From the NCBI GenBank assembly GCA_020723855.1, contig DYIB01000001.1, forward strand, positions 1-62,407: a DNA stretch of 62,407 nt, read 5' to 3'. The translations under genes and the position numbers were made by a program. Below are positions 19,691-27,860 of the stretch, in pieces (position 1 is the stretch's first letter; every line of letters starts with the position of its first letter). The notes under the pieces are model-generated. The model made no database searches and was not told the origin of the DNA. It worked only from the letters and a program-made list of their open reading frames with translations. Source of the stretch: Uliginosibacterium gangwonense. Its GTDB lineage: Bacteria > Pseudomonadota > Gammaproteobacteria > Burkholderiales > Rhodocyclaceae.

Positions 19691-21682
19691 CTATATCCGG
19701 CACCCCAGCCGATACCCCTCGTGGATCGCCTGGTCCAGGCCGCGGGCGATGACCGTGTCGCCGGCGCCGTGCAGCTCGTCCACCATCCACTGGAACTCGT
19801 GGAACAGATCGTGGTTGGGCTTGCGCGGGCCGGACACGATCACCATCTGCGCCGGGACGAAGCTCTCTTCGCCCTTGGCGTTCCTGACATAGGCGCCCTC
19901 GGCGGTGATGCGCGCCAGGCGCGTGGAGGTCAGGGTGCGGATCTCCAGTTCCTCGACCCAGGCGGTGTGCCGCCACTTGAACGAGGGCATGACGTCACCG
20001 GCGATGCGCTTGTCCTCCTCGACCAGGACCACCTCGTGGCCGGATTTCTTGAGGTTTTCGGCCAGGGTCAGGCCGATCTTGCCGGCGCCGACGATGATGA
20101 CACTCTGCGCCGCCTGGACGCGCCCGTGGGCCACGTCGAGGGCGTCCACCAGCCGCTCGTGGCCTTCTAGGTGCCGGTAGGCATCCATGTCGGTGCGGGC
20201 GCCCGCCGCCACGATGCACACGTCGTACTGGTGCAAGACGCTCCTCATGAACTTGGCGTTGGCCTCGGTGTTGAACTTGATCTCGATGCCGAGTTTCCTG
20301 GCCATGGTTTCGTAATAGCGTACGACGCTGAACAAATCGTCGGGCCGGGCCAGATCGTTGCCGGCGTAGCCGTTGAGGTTGCCGCCGATGCGCTCGCCCT
20401 TCTCGAACACGGTGACCTCGTGACCGCGCTTGCGCGCGGTGATCGCCGCTTCCATACCCGCGGGACCGGCGCCGATGACCATGATCTTCTTTTTCACCGC
20501 CGCCGGTGTGATGTGGTACTCGGGCTCCACCTCGTGGCCCAGAGCGGGGTTCATGGTGCAGGTGTACGGCAGGTCGCGGAACAGGCGCGAGAGGCAATTG
20601 AGCGAGCCGATGCAGCGGCGCACTTCGTCCAGGCGGTCCTCGGCGGCCTTGTGGATCAGCTCCGGGTCCGCCAGCAGTGGGCGGCACACTTCCCAATAGT
20701 CGAACACGCCGTCGCGGATGCACTCGTCGGCCATGCGCGGATCGGGCAGGCGGTTGCCGAAGGTGATGAGGGTGTCAGGGAACATTTTCTTGGCCTTGGC
20801 CGCGAGATAGTTCCAGTGGCCCGGCGGCACGTCGCGGCCGATGGAGGACTCGGGCGCCTCCTGCCAGCCCACGGTGACCGAGATCATGTCCACGCCGCAG
20901 TCCACCGCCTGCTGCATCAGCTCGAAGCACTCCTCCTCGGTGTTGCCGCCCCAGCGGTCCATGAGCTCCGCGCCGTTCAGGCGCACCACCAGCGGATGCT
21001 CGGGCGTGGCCTGCTTGATGGCGTCGATCAGCTCGCGCATGAAGCGGCCGCGGTTCTCCAGGGAACCGCCGTATTCGTCGGTGCGCTGGTTGGTGAAGCG
21101 CGAATTGAAGTTGGCCAGCAGATAGCCCATGAAACTGGTGATCTCGGTGCCGTCGAAGCCGGCGCGGATGGCGCGCTGCGCCGCCTCGGCGTGCTGCCGG
21201 ATGGTGACCTTGATCTGCTCCTTGGTGATCTCCCGCGGCGGGCGGAAGTGGGGCAGGGTCTGGGGCACGACGGAGGGCTGGATGCAATAGCCCAGGTCGA
21301 TGCCGCCGTAACGTCCGGCATGGAGGATCTGCTGGATGGCCACGGCGCCGCCGTCGTGGATGTACTGGGCGATCTTCTCGAACTGCGGCAGGAACTTGTC
21401 GTCCCACAGGGCCACCTGGCGGAAGTAGGCCTTGCCCTCGCCCAGGGGGTCGGGGTAGGCGCCCTGGTTGGTGATGATGCCGCAGCCGGTGGACGCGATG
21501 ACGCGCATGCGTGCCAGCTCGCGCGGCGTGATGTAGCCGTCGCGCGTGTTGTAGTTGGACACGCAACAGGCGCCGTACTTGATCAGGTTCTTGGTAGGGT
21601 ACTTGCCGATGCGGCCGGGTTGGAACAGATGTTTCAGTTTCAGCTCGCCCGGACGGTGTTGTTCCTGGGTGGCACCTGCCAC
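19691..21682 (-). CDS. Old-yellow-enzyme / 2,4-dienoyl-CoA reductase-family FMN + FAD/NAD(P) flavoprotein (dienoyl-CoA oxidoreductase-like)
   Basis: 663 aa. N-terminal OYE TIM barrel (QILHAGRYG), Cys-motif linker and C-terminal GAGPAGMEAA Rossmann domain. GTG start with AGGAGG 6 nt upstream. Confidence 0.85.
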   Translation of the reverse strand: MAGATQEQHRPGELKLKHLFQPGRIGKYPTKNLIKYGACCVSNYNTRDGYITPRELARMRVIASTGCGIITNQGAYPDPLGEGKAYFRQVALWDDKFLPQFEKIAQYIHDGGAVAIQQILHAGRYGGIDLGYCIQPSVVPQTLPHFRPPREITKEQIKVTIRQHAEAAQRAIRAGFDGTEITSFMGYLLANFNSRFTNQRTDEYGGSLENRGRFMRELIDAIKQATPEHPLVVRLNGAELMDRWGGNTEEECFELMQQAVDCGVDMISVTVGWQEAPESSIGRDVPPGHWNYLAAKAKKMFPDTLITFGNRLPDPRMADECIRDGVFDYWEVCRPLLADPELIHKAAEDRLDEVRRCIGSLNCLSRLFRDLPYTCTMNPALGHEVEPEYHITPAAVKKKIMVIGAGPAGMEAAITARKRGHEVTVFEKGERIGGNLNGYAGNDLARPDDLFSVVRYYETMARKLGIEIKFNTEANAKFMRSVLHQYDVCIVAAGARTDMDAYRHLEGHERLVDALDVAHGRVQAAQSVIIVGAGKIGLTLAENLKKSGHEVVLVEEDKRIAGDVMPSFKWRHTAWVEELEIRTLTSTRLARITAEGAYVRNAKGEESFVPAQMVIVSGPRKPNHDLFHEFQWMVDELHGAGDTVIARGLDQAIHEGYRLGCRI

Positions 21683-21737
21683 GTCCTTCCTCCTTTGGTG
21701 TGGACACTGCTTCTCAGGGCAATGTCAGGACACTGGA

Positions 21738-21767
21738 TACTGTATACATTGATGCGGGGCGCGTCAA
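21738..21767 (-). promoter_or_regulatory. Predicted sigma70 promoter (TTGACG-17 bp-TACAGT) with the same operator TACTGTATACATT
   Basis: Minus strand: -35 at 21762-21767 and -10 at 21739-21744. Geometry is identical to the GntR promoter. Lies 56 bp upstream of the OYE start codon. Confidence 0.5.
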
Positions 21768-21823
21768 TAGCTACGGGTGACGAGTGACAGGACCCGAGCC
21801 ACCAGCCGTCACCCGTCACCGAA

Positions 21824-22951
21824 TCACTTCGGCTTGGCCAGCACCTGCTCGGCCCATTTCTCGTCGAACAGGGCGCCTTCGGCCACCAGCTGGCGGAAGC
21901 GCACGAAGTCGATCACGTCCTTGCCGGTCGTCTTCTTGGCGTCGAAGGCGTTGAAGCCGAGCCAGGCCTCGTGGTTCATGTTGGCGGCCAGCCAGTGGCG
22001 GTTGGCGATCTTCATCTGGTCCCAGAAGAATTTCTTCTTGCCGCGGATGCCGTCGATGGAGGTGATCAGGCAGTTGGGGAACAGGTTGGCGAACTTCCAC
22101 ACCAGCTTGTTCACTTCCGCGTCGAGCAGCTCGAAATCGGTCTGGCACTGGGCCATGAGCGCCTTGGCGGCGGTGACCTGGTCGGCGGCCACCGGCTCGC
22201 CGTAGACGATCTCGCCGTCATCGACATAGGTGTCGGTGCGCACCAGGGGGTTGCGCACCCACTGGCCGTCCTTCTTCAGCACCGGCACGGCCTTGGTGAT
22301 GAGACCCTTGGCCTTCATCTTGTAGGCGCTCCAGGTCTCGCAGGAGATGCAGTTGTACATGGCATCTTCCATGGACAGGAACCAGGGCAGGAAGTCGGTG
22401 GACCCGCCCACCGGCGCCGAACCGTGCTTGGGGCCGGCCTGGCCGAACACCGCCAGGTCGGAGGAAATGGTGATGTCGGTGGCCATACCGATTTCCTGGC
22501 CGCCGGCGACACGCATGCCGTTCACCCGGCAGATCACCGGCTTCTTGCAGTTGAGGATGCCGTCCACCATGGCGTTGAACAGATCCATGTACTCGCCGTA
22601 CTCGTTGGGCCGGCGCGAATAGTAGGCGGCGTATTCGGCGGTGTTGCCGCCGGTGCAGAAGGCCTTGTCGCCCACCCCCGTGAACACCGCGGCGACGATC
22701 TTGCGGTCGCTGGAGGCCCGCTGGAAGCCGGCGATGACGCCTTTCACCATCTCGGTGGTGTAGGAGTTGTACTGGGCCGGGTTGTTGAGCCAGATCCAGG
22801 CGGAATAGAGCCCGGAAACCGCCTGGCCCTTGTCGTCCAGCACCGGCCTTTCCTCATAGATGACCGACGGCGCTTCAGTGCCGAAGTGCTCGTTGCCCAG
22901 GAGCTGGTGATCCTTCAGCTCGTTGTCTCTGCGTAGCCATTCCAATGACAT
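21824..22951 (-). CDS. bzdY: 6-oxocyclohex-1-ene-1-carbonyl-CoA hydrolase (ring-cleaving; Oah/BamA/BzdY)
   Basis: 375 aa. Crotonase fold with the long insertions typical of Oah/BamA (WIWLNNPAQYNSYT, VNGMRVAGGQEIGMATD). Located next to had and dch. Confidence 0.9.
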   Translation of the reverse strand: MSLEWLRRDNELKDHQLLGNEHFGTEAPSVIYEERPVLDDKGQAVSGLYSAWIWLNNPAQYNSYTTEMVKGVIAGFQRASSDRKIVAAVFTGVGDKAFCTGGNTAEYAAYYSRRPNEYGEYMDLFNAMVDGILNCKKPVICRVNGMRVAGGQEIGMATDITISSDLAVFGQAGPKHGSAPVGGSTDFLPWFLSMEDAMYNCISCETWSAYKMKAKGLITKAVPVLKKDGQWVRNPLVRTDTYVDDGEIVYGEPVAADQVTAAKALMAQCQTDFELLDAEVNKLVWKFANLFPNCLITSIDGIRGKKKFFWDQMKIANRHWLAANMNHEAWLGFNAFDAKKTTGKDVIDFVRFRQLVAEGALFDEKWAEQVLAKPK

Positions 22952-22967
22952 TGAAGTCTCCTAGGAA

Positions 22968-23040
22968 AACCGCCAGACGCAAAGGCGCAAAGATCGCAAA
23001 GCAAAACTCTTGGTCTTCGCGTCCTTTGCGTCTTTGCGTT
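22968..23040. repeat. Intergenic hairpin element, copy 4 (truncated at the right flank)
   Basis: aaccgccagacgcaaaggcgcaaagatcgcaaag / loop / cttcgcgtcctttgcgtctttgcgtt. Abuts the stop codon of the upstream dehydrogenase gene. Confidence 0.7.
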
Positions 23041-24107
23041 TAGAAATCGGGAATCAACACAACACGCTTCCTAAGCTGGCCGTGGTGCGCTTCTTCGAAA
23101 ACCTGTTCGATCCGGCTCATGGGTCGCGTCTCGACGAAGGGCTCGAGCACGATCCTGCCGTCCACGCACATGTCCAGCACGCGCGGATAGGCTGAGGGCG
23201 GGCAGCCCCAGGTGCCGATGATCTCCGCGTCGAAGGCCATGAGCTTGGACAGCATGTAGGAGGTCTCGTCGGTGCCGTAGCCGACGATCACCAGGGTGCC
23301 GACGAAGCTGAGCAGGGAGAGCGCCAGCTCCTGTCCTGCCTTGGAGCCGGTGACCTCGAAGATCTTCCAGCCGTAGTTGGCGGGCAGCCCCTGCTCCTTG
23401 CAGAAGCCCTTGAACAGCTCCTTCACGTCCTTGGCGCTCTTGCCCTTGGGATCGATGGTGAAGTCGGCGCCGTAGCCCTTCATGAACTCCAGCTTCTCTT
23501 CGTTGATGTCGATGCCGATCACCGCCTTTGCGCCCATGCCCTTGGCGGTCTGAGTCATGAAACTGCCCACGCCGCCGGCGGCGCCGATCACGATCACCAG
23601 GTCGCCCGGCTGCAGGTTGGCGCGCTTGGCCGCCTGGTAGGGCGTGGTGACGGCGTCCGCCACCACGGACAGGTGCTCCAGCGGCACGCCGCGGCGTTCA
23701 TGCACCACGCACAGGTCGCGCGCCGGCACCGGGATGTGGCTGGCAAAGCCGCCGTAGATGCCCATGGAATTGCCGGGCATCTTCTGGTTGAGGCAGCGGT
23801 TGCCGCGGCCCATGCGGCAGATCTCGCAGGTGCCGCAGGGCAGCACTGCGGGCACGATCACCTCGCGCCCCAGCAGGCGGGAGCCGCCGGCCACGACGAC
23901 GCCGGCGATCTCGTGGCCCAGGGTCAGGGGCGGCTTCTGGATCGTCGGCACGCCCATGTAGAAGTAGGACAGATCGGTATGGCAGACGCCGCAGCCGCGC
24001 ACTTCCACCAGCGCCTCGCCGGGTTTCAGCTCCGGCACGGGAATCTCCGTGCGCCGGAGCTTGCCCGGTTCGGTCATCTGCCAGGTATGAATGGTGTTCG
24101 GGATCAT
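23040..24107 (-). CDS. bzdX: 6-hydroxycyclohex-1-ene-1-carbonyl-CoA dehydrogenase (Zn-dependent ADH family; Had/BzdX)
   Basis: Starts at MIPNTIHTWQM (ATG 24105-24107, GGAGAA upstream). Zn-ADH motifs GCGVCHTD and GHEIAG. Confidence 0.85.
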   Translation of the reverse strand: MIPNTIHTWQMTEPGKLRRTEIPVPELKPGEALVEVRGCGVCHTDLSYFYMGVPTIQKPPLTLGHEIAGVVVAGGSRLLGREVIVPAVLPCGTCEICRMGRGNRCLNQKMPGNSMGIYGGFASHIPVPARDLCVVHERRGVPLEHLSVVADAVTTPYQAAKRANLQPGDLVIVIGAAGGVGSFMTQTAKGMGAKAVIGIDINEEKLEFMKGYGADFTIDPKGKSAKDVKELFKGFCKEQGLPANYGWKIFEVTGSKAGQELALSLLSFVGTLVIVGYGTDETSYMLSKLMAFDAEIIGTWGCPPSAYPRVLDMCVDGRIVLEPFVETRPMSRIEQVFEEAHHGQLRKRVVLIPDF

Positions 24108-24132
24108 ATGTCTTCTCCACGCGTGGTTGCAT

Positions 24133-24158
24133 GTAGGTCGGGCTGAAGCCCGACCTAC
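24133..24158. other. Perfect 11-bp stem-loop GTAGGTCGGGC-TGAA-GCCCGACCTAC overlapping the dch stop codon
   Basis: Read directly from the sequence. Sits in the 47-bp dch-had spacer. No T-tract follows on the coding (minus) strand. Confidence 0.6.
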
Positions 24159-24928
24159 CTGTTCTTCCAAACGGGCTTGCGCTTTTCCATGAAGGAGTGC
24201 AGCCCCTCTACGGCGTCCTCGGTGGCCATCAGTTCCTTCAGGTAGATCTGCTCCACGGTGAACAGCGCCTCGAAGAAGGGCTTGCCGGCGGCCTCGCGCA
24301 CCGCCTTCTTGGTATACATGAGCGCCACCTGCGACAGGGACAGGAACTGGTTCACGAAGGTCTGGGTGTCCTCGTGGAAGGTCTCGCGCGCGAACACCCG
24401 GTTGATCAGACCCAGCTGCTGGGCTTCCGCAGCGCCGATGAGGCCGCCGCCCAGCAGCAGCTCCATCACCTTGGGCAGGGGCAGCATCTTGGGCATGAGG
24501 ATGGCGGCGATGGGCGGGAACACGCCCAGCTTGATCTCCGGCTGGCCGATCTTGGCGTCCGCCGTGGCCACCACCATGTCGCAGGCGATGGCCAGCTCGC
24601 AGCCACCGCCCATGGCCGAGCCGTTGAGGGCCGCCACGGTGGGCAGGGGGAACACCATCAGGCGCTTGAGGATGCCGTGGAACACCTCGATCATCTGCAC
24701 CACCTTGTCGGGGGTGTGGTCCATGACGTCCACACCGGCGGAGAACACCTTGTCGCCGCTGGCGGTGATCATCAGCACCTTGGCCGTCTGCTCCTTCGCC
24801 GCTTGGTCCAGGGCCAGGTTGAGCTCCTCCATCAGGGCGATGTCGAGCACGTTGTAGGGCGGGCGGTTGATGGTCACGGTGACGAGGCCGTCCGCAACGC
24901 CGTAGCTGAGAAACTTGAAGTCAGGCAT
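24155..24928 (-). CDS. bzdW: Cyclohexa-1,5-diene-1-carbonyl-CoA hydratase (crotonase family; Dch/BzdW)
   Basis: 257 aa enoyl-CoA hydratase fold (ITASGDKVFSAGVD, GGGCELA). Position between bzdV-like and had. Confidence 0.85.
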   Translation of the reverse strand: MPDFKFLSYGVADGLVTVTINRPPYNVLDIALMEELNLALDQAAKEQTAKVLMITASGDKVFSAGVDVMDHTPDKVVQMIEVFHGILKRLMVFPLPTVAALNGSAMGGGCELAIACDMVVATADAKIGQPEIKLGVFPPIAAILMPKMLPLPKVMELLLGGGLIGAAEAQQLGLINRVFARETFHEDTQTFVNQFLSLSQVALMYTKKAVREAAGKPFFEALFTVEQIYLKELMATEDAVEGLHSFMEKRKPVWKNR

Positions 24929-24964
24929 GGCTCCCCTTTCGTATGGCCGCCGCCGGCGGCCGCA

Positions 24965-27499
24965 TCAGAACAAGTCGTCCAGTTCGTCCACGCCCACTCC
25001 CGGCGGCATCGAACCGTATTGCTGCATGTAGGCCTGCACGAGTTGGTTCTCGCGCTGGCTGAAGAAGGGTGCTTCCTCCACGACGAAGTAGGGCGCGATG
25101 TCGGCCTTGTCGAGCATGGCCTGCAGGCCCTCGCGCAGGTTCTCCACGCCCTTGATCGCCAGCACCTTCTTGTCCGCGTCCAGCAGTTGATAGACGCCCG
25201 CTTCGGTGGTGACGCCGGCGACGTTGGCGGCGTTCAGTTCCAGGCAGGCCTCGGGCGGCAGCACCATGTCCTCGATCTTCGCCGCCAGGTTGCACTTGAG
25301 GCAGCGCAGCGCCTCCGCCCGTGCCGTAGCCTCGTCGAAGCCCAGCTCCACCTCGTTCCAGTTGTTGCGCCGGGCCGGATCGATGAAGATGGGATGGAAG
25401 CGGCGCTTCCGGTTGAAGCCGTCCTCGCGGCCGATGGAAGGGTCGGTATCCCAGTCGGGCAGCAGCTTCTCCTCGATGTTGCCGTCCCCGCCCAGTTGCC
25501 TGTCCATGGCGGCGGCGGCGATGCGGCCCTGGGCCACCGACTCGATCAGGGTGGAGGGCCCCAGCACGCAGTCGCCGCCGGCATAGACACCGGGCCGGCT
25601 GGTGAGCAGGGTGTCGGCGCGCACCTGGATGCGCCCCTTCTCGTCCGTCTGCACGCCGAAGCCGGAGAAGATCTCCGAGTGCTGGCCCACGGCGGCGATC
25701 ACCAGGTCCACGTCCTCGGCGAACTCGCTGCCCGGCACTTCCACCGGACGGCGGCGGCCCGAGGCATCGGGCTCGGCCAGCTCCATGCGCGCGTAGGTGA
25801 TCTTGAGGCGCGAGGTACCGTTGCCGTTGAGCTCGATCTTCTTGGGCGCCAGCAGGAAGCGCAGGTTCACGCCCTCGTCGATACAGCCCTGGATCTCGTC
25901 CTCGCGCGCCGGCATCTCGGCCCGCGTGCGGCGATAGACCATATCCACCACTTCGGCGCCCAGGCGCCGGGAGCTGCGGCAGTTGTCGGTGGCGACATTG
26001 CCGCCGCCGATCACCGCCACGCGCTTGCCGATGACGATGCCGGTTTCCGGGCTGCCCACCATGCCCATGGTGGCGGCGCGCAGGAAGGTGGGGCTGTCGA
26101 CGACGTTGGGCAGGTCGTCGCCGGGAATGCCCAGCTTGTCGCCGCCCTGAGCGCCGATGCCGATGAAGACTGCTTCATAACCCTGGACGAACAACGGGTC
26201 GAGGGAATCCACGCGGGTGTTGAAGCGGAACTCCACGCCCAGCTTCTCCACTTCCGCCACCTCCCGGTCGATCACGTCCAGCGGCACCCGGTAGGACGGG
26301 ATGCCGTAGCGGGCCATGCCGCCGGCGGCAGGCAGGGCATCGAACACGGTGACGCTGTGGCCCTTCTTGGCCAGGTAGTAGGCCACCGTCAGCCCGGCGG
26401 GGCCGGCGCCGATCACCGCCGCCTTCCTGCCCGTGGGCGGCAGCTGATACGAGTACTGGCGCCACAAGCCCGTGTCGTTGTCGGCGGCGATGCGCTTGAG
26501 GCTGCGGATGGAGATCGGCTCGTCCAGGTACTTGCGCCGGCAGGCCGACTCGCAAGGGCTGAAACAGGCGCGGCCGAGGATGCCGGGGAAGGGCAGCTTC
26601 TCCCGCACCACGGCAGTCGCTTCGGAATACTTGCCCAGCCCCACCAGCTGCACGTAGCGCGGCACGTCGATGCCCGCCGGACAGGTGTGCTTGCAGGGTA
26701 CCTGGGTTTCCTCCAGGCGCGCCACATCCAGAGTGCGGTCCAGCAGGGCGCCGGTGGGACAGACCGTGACACAGGCGCTGCAGAACTTGCAGCCGGACTC
26801 GATGAGGGTCGGGGCGATGGGGCCCACCCAGGTACGGCCGTCGGTGTTCTTGACTTCCAGACAGCCCACGCCGCGCACCTCGTTGCACGCCACCAGGCAG
26901 CGGCGGCAGTCGATGCACAGGTTGTAGTCGCGGTCGTAGAACGGCTCGTCCTTGATGACGGGAAGCTGCACGTGCTTGTAGGCCGGCGTGGTATTGGGAA
27001 TGCCCACGTAGTCGGATACCTTGCGCAGCTCGCAGGAATTGAAGATGGAACAGCAGCGCTGCTCCACCGGGTTGCCGTAGGAGCAGGTGGTGCGGCTGCA
27101 GCCTTCGCGCTGGGGACAGGTGAGGCACACGTGCGGATGGTTGCCGAGAATGCGCGCCAGATGCTTCTGCCGCTCCTTCCGGAGCGCCGGTGTATCGGTG
27201 GCGACCGACATGCCGTTGGCGACCGGAATCGAACAGGCGGTGAGCAGCCCGTCGGCGCCTGCGATCTCCACCAGGCACAGCTTGCAGCCGGCGTCCAGGC
27301 CGCCGCGGGCGCAGGCCGGCGGCAGATCGGGATGGGCGCACAGGGCGGGAATATAGATGCCGGCGGCGGCCGCCGCCGACAGCACCGAGGCGCCGGCCGG
27401 AGCTGCCACGGTCTTGCCGTCGATCACGAATTTGACCATCGGCCCCGCCGTTTCTCCGGCGGCGGGCTTCTTGTACCAGCGTACGAGTTGTGTCTCCAT
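24965..27499 (-). CDS. bzdV: Fe-S flavoprotein fusion: NuoG-type 2Fe-2S/4Fe-4S N-domain plus GltD-type NAD(P)H oxidoreductase; putative ferredoxin-regenerating enzyme (BzdV-like)
   Basis: 844 aa. VKFVIDGKTV...CKLCLVEI (2Fe-2S), CIDCRRCLVAC and CKFCSACVTVCP (4Fe-4S), GAGPAGLTVAYYLAKKGH (FAD/NAD). About 130 unassigned residues end in the acidic tail DELDDLF. An alternative ATG lies at 27439. Confidence 0.75.
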   Translation of the reverse strand: METQLVRWYKKPAAGETAGPMVKFVIDGKTVAAPAGASVLSAAAAAGIYIPALCAHPDLPPACARGGLDAGCKLCLVEIAGADGLLTACSIPVANGMSVATDTPALRKERQKHLARILGNHPHVCLTCPQREGCSRTTCSYGNPVEQRCCSIFNSCELRKVSDYVGIPNTTPAYKHVQLPVIKDEPFYDRDYNLCIDCRRCLVACNEVRGVGCLEVKNTDGRTWVGPIAPTLIESGCKFCSACVTVCPTGALLDRTLDVARLEETQVPCKHTCPAGIDVPRYVQLVGLGKYSEATAVVREKLPFPGILGRACFSPCESACRRKYLDEPISIRSLKRIAADNDTGLWRQYSYQLPPTGRKAAVIGAGPAGLTVAYYLAKKGHSVTVFDALPAAGGMARYGIPSYRVPLDVIDREVAEVEKLGVEFRFNTRVDSLDPLFVQGYEAVFIGIGAQGGDKLGIPGDDLPNVVDSPTFLRAATMGMVGSPETGIVIGKRVAVIGGGNVATDNCRSSRRLGAEVVDMVYRRTRAEMPAREDEIQGCIDEGVNLRFLLAPKKIELNGNGTSRLKITYARMELAEPDASGRRRPVEVPGSEFAEDVDLVIAAVGQHSEIFSGFGVQTDEKGRIQVRADTLLTSRPGVYAGGDCVLGPSTLIESVAQGRIAAAAMDRQLGGDGNIEEKLLPDWDTDPSIGREDGFNRKRRFHPIFIDPARRNNWNEVELGFDEATARAEALRCLKCNLAAKIEDMVLPPEACLELNAANVAGVTTEAGVYQLLDADKKVLAIKGVENLREGLQAMLDKADIAPYFVVEEAPFFSQRENQLVQAYMQQYGSMPPGVGVDELDDLF

Positions 27500-27575
27500 G
27501 GCTTACCGTCGCTGCCGTTCATATGGAAGGATAATGCAATATAGTGAACTAGCAGGTAATAGAATGCATGTGGCG

Positions 27576-27617
27576 ATTCTAGGTAGCAATACTCGTGATC
27601 CACTTGACCTAGATCAA
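27576..27617 (-). promoter_or_regulatory. Predicted class II FNR-type promoter for the bzdV-W-X-Y operon
   Basis: FNR-like box TTGACCTAGATCAA (27604-27617, centre 27610.5). Minus-strand -10 TAGAAT at 27576-27581, which falls at -12..-7 if the box is centred at -41.5. Confidence 0.55.
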
Positions 27618-27718
27618 GTCACGCCCAAAAAACCTTGTCACGTGCAGGGAGGTTGCCGGAGGCCGAGCACCGCTGGCGGGGGCGCTTAGGCAGGAAATTC
27701 GGAAAAGTCCGTTCTTTC

Positions 27719-27760
27719 TTGATCTAAATCAAACCACGAACCGAGTGTGGTTTTTAAAAT
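27719..27760 (+). promoter_or_regulatory. Predicted class II FNR-type promoter for bzdNOPQM
   Basis: Perfect FNR consensus TTGATCTAAATCAA (27719-27732, centre 27725.5). The -10 TAAAAT at 27755-27760 places the box at -41.5 from a start site near 27767. Confidence 0.55.
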
Positions 27761-27764
27761 CGGC

Positions 27765-27783
27765 TGCACTGATCTATAGTGCA
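27765..27783. promoter_or_regulatory. Palindromic operator candidate TGCACT-N7-AGTGCA spanning the predicted bzdN start site
   Basis: 6-bp perfect inverted arms, read directly. TGCA-containing palindromes are the known BzdR operator type in Azoarcus. No cognate regulator gene lies in the window. Confidence 0.4.
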
Positions 27784-27860
27784 TTAGTATTGATAATAGT
27801 GAATTATAATACAGTATCGAATCCGGAGCGAGTTAACCCAGCCGATAGGGGATTAAGAGA

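Noticed and set aside
27357-27689. 110-aa plus-strand ORF extending into the bzd divergent control region
   Set aside because: Its 5' part is antisense to the bzdV-like gene and the rest covers the predicted promoters. It has no SD and no recognisable family.
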